A stretch of 64,000 nucleotides of DNA from Proteobacteria bacterium UBA4457 (GCA_002390205.1 DGOV01000083.1:1788-65787), one strand, 5' to 3'. Shown: positions 1 through 9,008, counted from the stretch's first letter. Translations and numbers: made by a program. The notes: a model not told the origin generated them from the sequence alone.

Positions 1-1
1 T

Positions 2-70
2 GTCTGCGATAAGTCGTCGTTTCTTTACGGCGTCATCAGTCAGTTTTACACGAGTCGATTTATTCTTCAT
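2..70 (-). CDS. N-terminal fragment of a probable tyrosine recombinase/integrase (runs off the left edge)
   Basis: Manual translation MKNKSTRVKLTDDAVKKRRLIAD, open to the window edge. The KLTDxAV start resembles the arm-binding N-terminus of P4-like integrases. It lies just downstream of a truncated tRNA and att-like repeats. Only 23 codons are visible. Confidence 0.45.
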   Translation of the reverse strand, partial: MKNKSTRVKLTDDAVKKRRLIAD

Positions 71-106
71 CTGACTAATAGAACACAGGAATATAAAATA
101 CGCAAT

Positions 107-128
107 AAAAGTAGACAAAAAGTAGACA
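107..128. repeat. 11-bp tandem direct repeat AAAAGTAGACA x2, candidate integrase arm-type binding sites
   Basis: AAAAGTAGACA at 107-117 and 118-128, between the tRNA fragment and the putative integrase start. Confidence 0.55.
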
Positions 129-157
129 AATATTTATTTGAAATAAAGATTGAGGGA

Positions 158-170
158 AATAGGTTGATTT
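158..170 (-). promoter_or_regulatory. IHF-like binding site in the putative att region
   Basis: Minus strand reads AATCAACCTATTT versus the consensus WATCAANNNNTTR (one mismatch, last base). Confidence 0.35.
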
Positions 171-264
171 CCTTGAAAGCCTTTTAAATATTAGATTAAT
201 GCTGGTGTAGCAAGGGATTTAGCTTAGAGAGCCAGCTGGAATGAAGTTATTATAGTCTCTAACA

Positions 265-306
265 GCGGAGTCAGAGTCCGCTGTCCTACCGTTAGACGAT
301 ATCCCA
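265..306 (-). pseudogene. 5' half of tRNA-Gln (anticodon CTG); no T-arm or CCA end follows
   Basis: Minus strand TGGGATA-TC-GTCT-AACGGTA-GGAC-A-GCGGA-CTCTGAC-TCCGC gives the acceptor 5' strand, D arm and anticodon arm (CTG at 274-272). The next bases (TGTTAGAGACTATAATAAC...) contain no GGTTCGAATCC T-arm. Confidence 0.8.
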
Positions 307-347
307 TTAAACTATTGGTTCATTCTCTATTATTTCGTCGCAATTAT

Positions 348-2036
348 CTAATAGATGACCGGCATTAGCTCTACATCAGCCAGTTGCCAAACATCCTTAG
401 CTTTGCGCTCTATGATCTCGGCTTCATCAGTTTTACTTTGCGCCTCTAATGACGCGACAAGCCCAAACATCGACCATCCATTTCTAGGATAGAACTTTAA
501 GTCGTCTCTGTAAGTTTGTTCCGCAAGACCAAATTTCTTTTCAAGCATCAGTGATCTGGCTAGAGACTGCCGGGTAGGATAGTACCAAAATGGTGGCTCC
601 ATATACGGGAGTGTATCTTGATAATTAACAGCGTTTTGATAGGATTTTGACGCTAAATCATAGTTTTCTTCGGCCTCATGGATAGCTCCTTGCAGAAGAA
701 ATTGCGCTATGCCGAGCAAGGTCTTAGCGGGGTTAGATGCTTTAACAATTTTGCTGACCTCTTCTGACTCGATAAGGGGAGCAATTTCAACCAGTTCTTT
801 TTTAGCACTGTCTATATCACCTTGTGCTGCTAACGCTGTGCCTCTAGCATAATGTCGTATACCTTTAGAATATTTGAATTCTGCTATGTCTTCTGGAAAA
901 TCAAGCACATCTTCCCACTTAGAGAATCTCACCATAGATAGCAAAGGTAGAGTTCTGAAGTACTCTAGCATTGGGAATTTCTTGATCATTTCTATTCTGA
1001 CGTAGTTTGAAACTTTTATACCTGATTCTATAGATAAAGCACTTCTGCCCTCCATAGCGGCGGATGCCCAGAGAAAATGAATATTGTGGGGGTAGTATGC
1101 AGCGGGGTAGAAACCTTGTGCGTTACATTGTGCAATATATTCTTCATCTACCTGGGCAGCATCTATATTTGCTTGCGACGCGTCGTTATACCTACCTACT
1201 CGCCAGAAAATATGTGATGGCATGTGAACTAGATGGCCAGAGCCGGGTACAAGTTTACCGAGCCTGTCCGCATAAGGCTCTGCTCTTTCGGGTGTTTTTG
1301 AGGCTTCAACCGCATGAATATATAGGTGGATAGCTAAAGGGTGGTCTGGATTAATCGACAGCACAGACTCTAGAGTTGCGAGAACTTTTTTAGTGTCAGG
1401 CTTTGGAGTACCCTCATCTGTCCAATAGTTCCAAGGCATGGTGTTCATTAAAGCCTCAGAAAAAAGAGACGCCGCATCATTATCTTCAGGGTATTTGTTT
1501 TTTAGGGCTTCCATTGCCACAGCATAACTAGTGTCCAGAGGGGCTCTCGGCGTTGATGGTTCTCCGTTATACCGCTGGGATAACGCATCTATATAGTCGC
1601 GCTCATTTTGTGTTAAGTGCCCGCTATTATCTTGGGCTTTTTGTATTGCCGCGAATGCGCCGACTCTTTGTTCGGCACTCATTACTGCTTTACCGCTACT
1701 TGTAACGTTTATGTTGGGGCCAGTAGCTAGAGCTTCTCCCCAGAAGCACATGCCACATGTTGGGTCGAGTTTTTGTGCTGCTCTAAAGCTTCTAATCGAT
1801 TCTGCGTGGTTGAATCCAAAGGCAAGTATCAAGCCTTGGTTAAAATAACGTTGTGCTCCTTCATGCCCGGTGGTTATCAGATGAGAATGATTGCCTAAGC
1901 CTTCGAAGATTGGAGCTCCAGCTTCTTTCGCAAGTTTACTATCATTGGGTTCTATAGAGCCTTCACATCCAATTAGTAATGAAAAGCACAGAAAAAACAG
2001 CAGTTGATAAAAGCATTTCATGTTTTTATTTCCCAT
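348..2036 (-). CDS. TPR-repeat lipoprotein of unknown function
   Basis: Lipobox-like LLIGC after a hydrophobic stretch, helical TPR-like repeats (AQRYFNQGL..., PRNGWSMFGL) and His-rich motifs. The true start may be MKCF at 2021. Confidence 0.8.
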   Translation of the reverse strand: MGNKNMKCFYQLLFFLCFSLLIGCEGSIEPNDSKLAKEAGAPIFEGLGNHSHLITTGHEGAQRYFNQGLILAFGFNHAESIRSFRAAQKLDPTCGMCFWGEALATGPNINVTSSGKAVMSAEQRVGAFAAIQKAQDNSGHLTQNERDYIDALSQRYNGEPSTPRAPLDTSYAVAMEALKNKYPEDNDAASLFSEALMNTMPWNYWTDEGTPKPDTKKVLATLESVLSINPDHPLAIHLYIHAVEASKTPERAEPYADRLGKLVPGSGHLVHMPSHIFWRVGRYNDASQANIDAAQVDEEYIAQCNAQGFYPAAYYPHNIHFLWASAAMEGRSALSIESGIKVSNYVRIEMIKKFPMLEYFRTLPLLSMVRFSKWEDVLDFPEDIAEFKYSKGIRHYARGTALAAQGDIDSAKKELVEIAPLIESEEVSKIVKASNPAKTLLGIAQFLLQGAIHEAEENYDLASKSYQNAVNYQDTLPYMEPPFWYYPTRQSLARSLMLEKKFGLAEQTYRDDLKFYPRNGWSMFGLVASLEAQSKTDEAEIIERKAKDVWQLADVELMPVIY

Positions 2037-2300
2037 TTATTATTCAGATAGGTGGCTTATAAACGTGCAGACGGGCTAGCCAATTTTTTTATCTAACTAG
2101 GCTTACTCGATCGCTATTTAGTATCGAAGGTCTAGGGTAGATTAAAATTTGAAAATTACAAGACCTGGATGTACTTAGCGTCTAGCGCTATGTGGCAGTT
2201 GTTTCGATGAAATCGTGTAATTCGGTTGCTTTTCGGATCTTAATATTACCCTTGTTGGGCGAGATGGCGATAGCAAGTAGGGGACAGGGAGCCTCTCTAA

Positions 2301-2693
2301 TTATCTCTTACTATACTGAGGTCGTTTTCTTGCTTTGTGTAGGCCAACTTTCTTTCTCTCAACTTCTCTCGCATCACGAGTGACAAACCCTGCAGCTTTT
2401 AATGACTGTTTCAAGGTTTCTTCATACTTTATCAACGCTCTTGTAATACCAAGACGAATGGCACCTGCTTGTCCTGTAATGCCGCCACCTTTTACGGTTA
2501 CGTTAATATCGAAATATTTCACCATGTCAACGGTTTCTAGGGGTTGAGCCACCACCATCCGGCCAGTTTCTCTCGGGAAATACTCCATCATTGGCTTTCC
2601 GTTTATGACGATATTTCCCGTTCCCTTAGTCATGAAGACCCGTGCAGTGGAAGATTTTCTTCTGCCAGTACTGTAGTGAATATCTGCTGCCAT
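2301..2693 (-). CDS. rpsI: 30S ribosomal protein S9
   Basis: [30 protein letters not shown]-terminal RKRPQYSKR; directly downstream of rplM. Confidence 0.99.
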   Translation of the reverse strand: MAADIHYSTGRRKSSTARVFMTKGTGNIVINGKPMMEYFPRETGRMVVAQPLETVDMVKYFDINVTVKGGGITGQAGAIRLGITRALIKYEETLKQSLKAAGFVTRDAREVERKKVGLHKARKRPQYSKR

Positions 2694-2697
2694 TGTT

Positions 2698-3126
2698 TTA
2701 TATTTCCAGTGGTATTGGTTGTTGGGCGGTGTGGTCGTGTTGCGGGCCCGAGAAAACTTTTAGTTTTCTGTACATATCTCGACCTAAAGGGCCTTTCGGG
2801 AGCATGCCTTTAACTGCACGCTCGATTATCTGCTCAGGGGCCTTTGCAAGCAATTTCTCAAAATTAATTTGCTTTAGTCCGCCAATATAACCAGAATATC
2901 TATAGTACATCTTATTCTGTGCTTTATTCCCGGTGACTCGGATTTTCTCAGCGTTGATAATGACGATGTAATCACCTGTGTCCATATGAGGCGTATACTC
3001 AGCTTTATGCTTGCCTCTAAGGCGTGATGCTACCTCGGTAGCTAGTCTGCCGAGTACTTTGTCTGTAGCATCGACTACATACCATTTGTGGTTTATTGTT
3101 GCCGGTGTTGCCGTGAACGTTCTCAT
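2698..3126 (-). CDS. rplM: 50S ribosomal protein L13
   Basis: [52 protein letters not shown]. Confidence 0.99.
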   Translation of the reverse strand: MRTFTATPATINHKWYVVDATDKVLGRLATEVASRLRGKHKAEYTPHMDTGDYIVIINAEKIRVTGNKAQNKMYYRYSGYIGGLKQINFEKLLAKAPEQIIERAVKGMLPKGPLGRDMYRKLKVFSGPQHDHTAQQPIPLEI

Positions 3127-3158
3127 TTGCGTTTCTGAACTCTAAAAAATGATGCGCA

Positions 3159-3187
3159 ATGTTAAGATTTGCTAGGCGCTCTGTCAA
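3159..3187 (-). promoter_or_regulatory. sigma70 promoter of rplM-rpsI
   Basis: Minus strand TTGACA (3187-3182), 17-nt spacer, TAACAT (3164-3159), 33 nt upstream of the rplM ATG. Confidence 0.75.
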
Positions 3188-3235
3188 TGTGATATTGCAA
3201 TATAGAGGGCTAAGTTTTTAGTTTAGTTAAAAGGA

Positions 3236-3895
3236 GTGTTAGTGGAAAGTAGCTCTAGAGCAATTTTATCCCTTCTTGATCGGGTTATATTAGGCATCGA
3301 TCATGGACTACGTGTGGTTGCAGGGCCTGAAAAGACTGCGGGGCGGGTTTATCCCGCCGAGGGTGTCTCTGAGGCGACCCTGACAAAAGCTGAAAAGGCA
3401 CACAGCGTTGGTCTGATGAGAGTTAATCATGCTGGTGAAGTCAGTGCGCAGGCGCTGTACTTGTCCCAAGCAATGTTTTCTAAAAAGCCTGAGTTATATA
3501 AGGTTTTTATGGATGCAGCGTCAGAGGAAAAGGACCATTTATGGTGGTGCAAAAAGCGGATAACGGAGCTTGGAGGGCGGACCAGCTTGCTCGATGGCTT
3601 TTGGTTCGCGGGCGCTTTTGTTATAGGAACCGGCGTTGCTCGGCGGGGAGATGATGTTTCCTTAGGATTCGTTGAGGAGACCGAAGCCCAAGTTGTAGCA
3701 CATTTGGATAGCCATCTTGAAAAAATGGCGCCGAATGATACGCGAAGCCGTTCTATCATAGAGGAGATGAGACGAGATGAAGCGAAGCACGGAGAGCATG
3801 CAAGCGAACTAGGTGCGCAGCGCTTACCTAAGTTTTTTAGGCTATTGATGAAACTTCAGTCCCGTTGTATGACTTTCTTGGCCTATAAGGTTTAG
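3236..3895 (+). CDS. coq7: Demethoxyubiquinone hydroxylase (di-iron Coq7 family)
   Basis: LMRVNHAGEVSAQALY, EEKDHLWWC, GFVEETEAQVVAHL and DEAKH di-iron motifs; divergent from rplM. Confidence 0.93.
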   Translation: MLVESSSRAILSLLDRVILGIDHGLRVVAGPEKTAGRVYPAEGVSEATLTKAEKAHSVGLMRVNHAGEVSAQALYLSQAMFSKKPELYKVFMDAASEEKDHLWWCKKRITELGGRTSLLDGFWFAGAFVIGTGVARRGDDVSLGFVEETEAQVVAHLDSHLEKMAPNDTRSRSIIEEMRRDEAKHGEHASELGAQRLPKFFRLLMKLQSRCMTFLAYKV

Positions 3896-3957
3896 GCTAA
3901 ATCTTCTGTGATGTTGTTGAGTCGGTAATTACAGATACTTTTTGGTAGACTGGTATT

Positions 3958-5343
3958 GTGCTTAACCTGAATAAAATCCTACATTTGTGGTGTCCTTTGC
4001 CTGCGATAGTTCTCATCGCTAACTGCGGCGCGTGTCTAGCAGCTATTCCTATCTCTATGTTAGGGCAAGGGGTTCCGACTCTGGCTCCAATGCTGGAAGA
4101 GGTTGTACCTACGGTAGTCAACATCGCTACTGAGGGATTTGTAGAGCAAAGTGCTCATCCTTTTTTTTCGGACCCATTTTTCAGCCAATTTCTCGAAATG
4201 CCTCAGCGACGCTCTCGCCGGAAGACCCAAAGCTTGGGTTCGGGCGTTATTGTAGATGCTGGGAATGGCTTAGTTCTTACAAACGCTCACGTAATAGATA
4301 ATGCTCAAAAAATCACAGTCAATCTATTAGATGGCCGAGAGTTTAAAGCCGAGTTAGTAGGTAGCGATCCGGAAACAGACATAGCAGTCATAAAAATAGC
4401 CCCAGATGATCTGATTGGGATTAATTTAGCTGAGTCTAATGATTTAAGGGTTGGCGATTTTGTTATCGCTATTGGGAACCCTTTTGGTTTAGGGCAGACA
4501 GTGACGTCTGGGATTGTAAGTGCCTTGGGTAGAAGTGGGCTTGGAGTTACAGGATATGAAGATTTAATCCAAACAGACGCGTCAATAAACCCAGGTAACT
4601 CAGGAGGAGCGCTCGTCGATCTGAATGGTCGGCTCGTAGGTCTTAATACAGCGATCTACTCGGGGACTGGAGGTAATATTGGCATTGGTTTTGCCATTCC
4701 CATTGATATGGTGAAGCAGGTAATGAGCCAACTTGTGGAGTTTGGAGAAGTCACTCGCGGTTTTATAGGTGTGGAGTATCAGGACTTAACTCGAGAACTA
4801 TCACAAGCATTTGGATTAGACCAATATTTAGAAGGTGTTGTTTTAGTTGAGGTCTTGGACGGCTCCCCTGCCGGGAAAGCTGGATTGGAAGTTGGTGACG
4901 TTATCACACGAATTAATAACAAAAGAATCAAAAATGCAATTCAGTTTGATAATGAAATAGCGATGAATAGGGCAGGTGCCGAAGTTGACATTAGTTACTT
5001 GCGCCGAGGCAGCCAAAAAAGTATTTCCCTATTAATTGGGACTAATGAAGTTCTTGATGACAAGACTATTCTCAAGAATGAACGTTTCTCTAATACTACT
5101 GTAGGAGAGATCCCTAGGGAATCTGATCTGTACGACAAGGTGGCAGGGATCATGGTATATAGCCTTAAGAAAGGCTCAAGGACGTGGAGTTCTGGATTGA
5201 GAGAAGGTGACATAATTGTTTCCGTTAATCGATATGCTTCACCCTCTGTTGGTACTTTTGTGAATTTGTTAGCCAGATTTAAAGGTCCTCTTAGACTAAA
5301 GGTATATAGAGGTTATCAGTCTGGTTTCATCACAGTACCGTAG
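3958..5343 (+). CDS. degQ: Do/DegQ family periplasmic serine endoprotease with two PDZ domains
   Basis: VPTLAPML N-terminus; catalytic triad TNAHV / TDIAV / INPGNSGG; two PDZ-like repeats. Confidence 0.92.
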   Translation: MLNLNKILHLWCPLPAIVLIANCGACLAAIPISMLGQGVPTLAPMLEEVVPTVVNIATEGFVEQSAHPFFSDPFFSQFLEMPQRRSRRKTQSLGSGVIVDAGNGLVLTNAHVIDNAQKITVNLLDGREFKAELVGSDPETDIAVIKIAPDDLIGINLAESNDLRVGDFVIAIGNPFGLGQTVTSGIVSALGRSGLGVTGYEDLIQTDASINPGNSGGALVDLNGRLVGLNTAIYSGTGGNIGIGFAIPIDMVKQVMSQLVEFGEVTRGFIGVEYQDLTRELSQAFGLDQYLEGVVLVEVLDGSPAGKAGLEVGDVITRINNKRIKNAIQFDNEIAMNRAGAEVDISYLRRGSQKSISLLIGTNEVLDDKTILKNERFSNTTVGEIPRESDLYDKVAGIMVYSLKKGSRTWSSGLREGDIIVSVNRYASPSVGTFVNLLARFKGPLRLKVYRGYQSGFITVP

Positions 5344-5346
5344 ACG

Positions 5347-6030
5347 TTATCGTTTCAATAGTCGCAACCATTTCCAGACATTTAGCAAACTAGCAAGAGA
5401 TGCTGCAACATAAGTCAGAGCGCAGACAGTCAGTATTTTTCTTGCGGCGGGAAGGTCAGCATCGTCTAAAAAGCGCCCCCTCAAAATAGGCAAGGCTCTG
5501 TTAAAACTTGCGTCTATTTCTACAGGCAGAGTTATCAAATGAATCCCAATCGGCAAAATCATTGAACAAATAGCTATCGCCAACAGGCCAGCTCCCGCCA
5601 TCGGGGCCCGCGTGAGAAGAGTCACGATGGGCGCTGCTATTAGGATAATAGATGCCATTCGTTCGAAAAAAAATGCTGCGTGAACTAACTTGGTACGTGT
5701 TTTTAGAGGACCGAAACCAATATGATCTTGTATCGCATGTCCCACTTCGTGGGCTGATATCACTACAGCTGAGAGTGACCTTCCATGATAGTTCGGTTCG
5801 CTTAGGACGACACTTTTCGTTTTCGGGTTAAAATGATCACCGACGCCGGGCGCCGCTATCTCAACTTGATACGTTTGAGGAAGTGCTTTCTGTATAAGAA
5901 AGATCGCCAATTCTGCACCGGTTCCGGGTATGTCGGGCCGGTCATTAGAATGGAGCTTTATGATTCTTTTCGCCCAGATTTGAGGGAGGAATGAACCAAT
6001 TAGGAGAACGAATCCCAGGATAATATACAT
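5347..6030 (-). CDS. Zinc metallopeptidase (YugP-like neutral zinc peptidase, membrane-associated)
   Basis: AHEVGHAIQ HExxH motif, DHFNP, TLPVEIDAS, hydrophobic segments. Confidence 0.85.
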   Translation of the reverse strand: MYIILGFVLLIGSFLPQIWAKRIIKLHSNDRPDIPGTGAELAIFLIQKALPQTYQVEIAAPGVGDHFNPKTKSVVLSEPNYHGRSLSAVVISAHEVGHAIQDHIGFGPLKTRTKLVHAAFFFERMASIILIAAPIVTLLTRAPMAGAGLLAIAICSMILPIGIHLITLPVEIDASFNRALPILRGRFLDDADLPAARKILTVCALTYVAASLASLLNVWKWLRLLKR

Positions 6031-6162
6031 ATTATAGGCTTGTCTTTGGTAATAGTTTTAGGAGCATGATAGTCCTGATAACATAATCAAATAGTGTTCT
6101 CATCGCAACTGAGATTTACGATGAGCTAGTTCTGGCCCAGCAAATAGAGAAGTTGTTCAAAT

Positions 6163-7275
6163 ATGACGAGACTCGGTAAATCGCCTGAAGATTGCTATTT
6201 GTCTGATGTGAAATCGGGTGAAGTGGAGCATGATGCGTCTCAGTTGGTCGCAGTGCGCCATCTTCAGAGCATATTTGATAACTTATGTAAGTCACCAGAT
6301 CGTAGATCTTCCAATATACTTTCTAAAGTCCCATTTTTTAAAGGCTCCAAGTGGAAGCCTGTGGCGGGTCTTTACTTGTGGGGTAGTGTCGGTCGTGGGA
6401 AGACTTATGTAGTGGATAGTTTCTATCAGTGCTTGCCTTTTCGCAACAAAACTCGCCTTCACTTCCACAGCTTCATGGAACAGACCCATGAAAAGCTGCA
6501 TTCAGTTAAAAACGAGACTGATCCCTTAGCAATTGTTGCCGCCCAATGGGCGCACAAGATGAGAGTTTTATGTTTAGACGAATTCCATGTGTCTGACATT
6601 GCGGATGCAATGATTCTGGCAAACTTGTTCGCAGGTTTGTTTAAAAACGGAGTTACTATAATTGCGACGTCGAATCAGGCGCCGGACATGCTGTATGCGG
6701 GAGGCTTACAACGAGCCCGGTTTTTGCCTGCTATCGAACTCATTAAAAAGAATATGCAGGTGCTCGAGCTTAAAGGCTCCGATGATCACCGACTACGAGC
6801 TTTAGAACTTGCTCCTGTCTACTATTGTTGTTCTAGTGGGGAGTGTTATGGAGAGTTAGAAAGAAGCTTTCAGTCGTTAGCCCCTGGTGCGCCGCTGGTA
6901 ACAGCAGAAGTTTTAGTGCGTGGCCGATCTATTCCTGTGATACGAAAAGCCGATGGGGTGGTCTGGTTTGACTTTAAAATGCTTTGTGAGGGAAACCGAT
7001 CGGTTTCCGATTACATAGAGCTAGCAAGGCTATACCACACTATCATTTTAAGCGATGTTCCAGTATTTGGGACGGATGACAATGATGCCGCAAAAAGATT
7101 CGTGAATTTCGTGGATGAAATCTACGATAGGAATGTGAATTTAGTAGTGTCGGCTGAGCAACAACCCACTCAATTATATAGAGGTTCTCGTCTAAGCGCT
7201 CAGTTTTTGAGAACGGCAAGCCGTCTTCACGAGATGAGGTCACATGAATATCTGGCAGCATCCCATAACCCATAA
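6163..7275 (+). CDS. zapE: Cell division ATPase ZapE (AFG1 family)
   Basis: GLYLWGSVGRGKT Walker A, CLDEFHV Walker B, RFVNFVDEIYD, FLRTASRLHEM. Confidence 0.93.
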   Translation: MTRLGKSPEDCYLSDVKSGEVEHDASQLVAVRHLQSIFDNLCKSPDRRSSNILSKVPFFKGSKWKPVAGLYLWGSVGRGKTYVVDSFYQCLPFRNKTRLHFHSFMEQTHEKLHSVKNETDPLAIVAAQWAHKMRVLCLDEFHVSDIADAMILANLFAGLFKNGVTIIATSNQAPDMLYAGGLQRARFLPAIELIKKNMQVLELKGSDDHRLRALELAPVYYCCSSGECYGELERSFQSLAPGAPLVTAEVLVRGRSIPVIRKADGVVWFDFKMLCEGNRSVSDYIELARLYHTIILSDVPVFGTDDNDAAKRFVNFVDEIYDRNVNLVVSAEQQPTQLYRGSRLSAQFLRTASRLHEMRSHEYLAASHNP

Positions 7276-7290
7276 CCCATAATCCATAAT
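7263..7290. repeat. 7-bp short tandem repeat CCATAA(C/T) x4
   Basis: CCATAAC CCATAAC CCATAAT CCATAAT, spanning the zapE stop codon. Confidence 0.8.
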
Positions 7291-7335
7291 CCAATAGGTA
7301 AAATAGTATAATAAACAATATATTAAACGTGCATA

Positions 7336-7363
7336 TTGACAATATATATTATTAATATACGCT
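7336..7363 (+). promoter_or_regulatory. Putative sigma70 promoter for the small ORF at 7397
   Basis: TTGACA (7336-7341), 16-nt AT-rich spacer, TACGCT (7358-7363; TAnnnT). Confidence 0.5.
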
Positions 7364-7396
7364 ATGTTATCTTAAGTTACGTTTACAAAAGATGTT

Positions 7397-7618
7397 TTGG
7401 GGATGGATAGGTTGTCAATAAAAGCATATGACTCCGGGTCAATTGAGATCGATATCGCCAGGTTAATTGGCAGACATTACGGAGATGGTGGTATCTACCT
7501 TTCTCAAGATGGCCGTCAACAAGAAACTTTTTCTAGAGCCATTTCGGGTGGTTTCGTGAGTAGCGAAGGTTTTTTGACTCGAAAAGGAAGAGAGCTTTTA
7601 GCGCAGTTTAATTTCTAA
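7397..7618 (+). CDS. Small hypothetical protein (ATG at 7403 is the likely start)
   Basis: 73-aa ORF fills the zapE-MFS gap and has its own promoter-like sequence and terminator hairpin; no family recognised. Confidence 0.6.
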   Translation: MGMDRLSIKAYDSGSIEIDIARLIGRHYGDGGIYLSQDGRQQETFSRAISGGFVSSEGFLTRKGRELLAQFNF

Positions 7619-7639
7619 AGTAGCGGTTCCTGCTACTTT
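7617..7639. terminator. Putative bidirectional intrinsic terminator
   Basis: AAAGTAGC-GGTTCCT-GCTACTTT hairpin between the convergent small ORF and the MFS gene. Confidence 0.55.
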
Positions 7640-7663
7640 CAAGAAAAATAGTTCATTATCTGG

Positions 7664-8956
7664 TCAACACGGATCCTTTGAATTGAGATGGAGATCGGGC
7701 CACGATTTCCATGCCCACCCTAATCCTATCAGGCTTGCGCAGCTGACAATGCCGAATAATTGAGGCTCGTTAAAACCGAAACTATAGATAACAATTGCCA
7801 CAAGTGCTGAAAGTACCATAAATAAAGCATTAAATATGTTCAGGCCAGCTAAAGTTCTAGCGCTTCGTAATCGGTTTAGGTCTCTTTGAAGGCAAGCGTA
7901 GAGAGGAATAATATAGAGAGCCCCAAAAAATCCGATTGCAAATAAATCGAATAATAAGCGGTTAGCGACGGCGGAATGCATGAAATTAGCCAGGGTAGTC
8001 GTGTTAAGTGCCAATGCAGGAGTACCTATTAAAAACACGTCAAAAGCAGCAAGTATTGCACCGCCGCCGCCTATGGTTACTAAGGACAATTTGATTTTGT
8101 TTTTAGAGATGAGCGTGCATATGAATGCACCGGTGCCGATACCAGTTGTGAACATGACGTTCAATAGTGTAATAAATTGATTATCAGAATTAAGCAGTGT
8201 CTTTGCGTAGGTGGGCAGTGCCGCTAGGTAACTCGAGCCGCAAAACCAGAAAGTCGAGATCATCATTGTGACAAGTAATAGTCGATTATCAGAAGTGATT
8301 TCCCGAAGAGTTGTGGTAGTTGCCCGCATAGCATTCATTTCAAACTGTAAAGTAGGGTCACTAGCACTCGCATCAGGAATGAACTGTGCAGTCAGTCTTC
8401 CAAGGATTGCAATAGACACGCACACGACAACAATTAGAAGAGCCTGATTTTCGCCTTGACCCGCTAAAAGCCCACCCGAAATAGTACCTAGAAGGATTGC
8501 CATGTATGTAGTTGCTTGAAGTGCGGCATTCGCGGAAGTAAGTTCTTCTTTTTTGACGTGTTGAGGAAGAATTGCGTACTTTAATGGTCCGAAAAAAGTG
8601 GATTGAGTACCCATCAGGAAAAGAGCAAGCAGTAGTAAATAGTAATTACTCGCGACAAATCCATAACCTGATATCACTACCAGTCCTATCTCTGTGGACT
8701 TGATTTGTCTTATGAGTCTCGCTTTTTCAAATTTGTCAGCTATCTGCCCCGCTATGGCAGAAAAGACGAGAAATGGCGCTATGAATATGGCACCTGTGAG
8801 CGCGATGAGAGAACGACTGGCACTGTCGTCAATTGTTCCACCTGTGGCAAAGAGCATAATAATAGCGAATCGCAGGGTATTGTCGTTGAACGCACCAAGG
8901 AACTGAGTGGCGAGGAGTGGCCCTAGTCGTCTAGATAAAATGAGTTGCGTTTTCAC
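7664..8956 (-). CDS. MFS transporter, LplT / Aas-associated lysophospholipid transporter-like
   Basis: TQFLGAFNDN, GQIADKFEK, QSTFFGPLKYAILPQ; about 12 TM segments. Confidence 0.82.
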   Translation of the reverse strand: MKTQLILSRRLGPLLATQFLGAFNDNTLRFAIIMLFATGGTIDDSASRSLIALTGAIFIAPFLVFSAIAGQIADKFEKARLIRQIKSTEIGLVVISGYGFVASNYYLLLLALFLMGTQSTFFGPLKYAILPQHVKKEELTSANAALQATTYMAILLGTISGGLLAGQGENQALLIVVVCVSIAILGRLTAQFIPDASASDPTLQFEMNAMRATTTTLREITSDNRLLLVTMMISTFWFCGSSYLAALPTYAKTLLNSDNQFITLLNVMFTTGIGTGAFICTLISKNKIKLSLVTIGGGGAILAAFDVFLIGTPALALNTTTLANFMHSAVANRLLFDLFAIGFFGALYIIPLYACLQRDLNRLRSARTLAGLNIFNALFMVLSALVAIVIYSFGFNEPQLFGIVSCASLIGLGWAWKSWPDLHLNSKDPC

Positions 8957-9008
8957 GGCTTATATGGCCGCGTTTGATGCACAGGGCCAGTTTTGGCCTT
9001 TTATTCTT

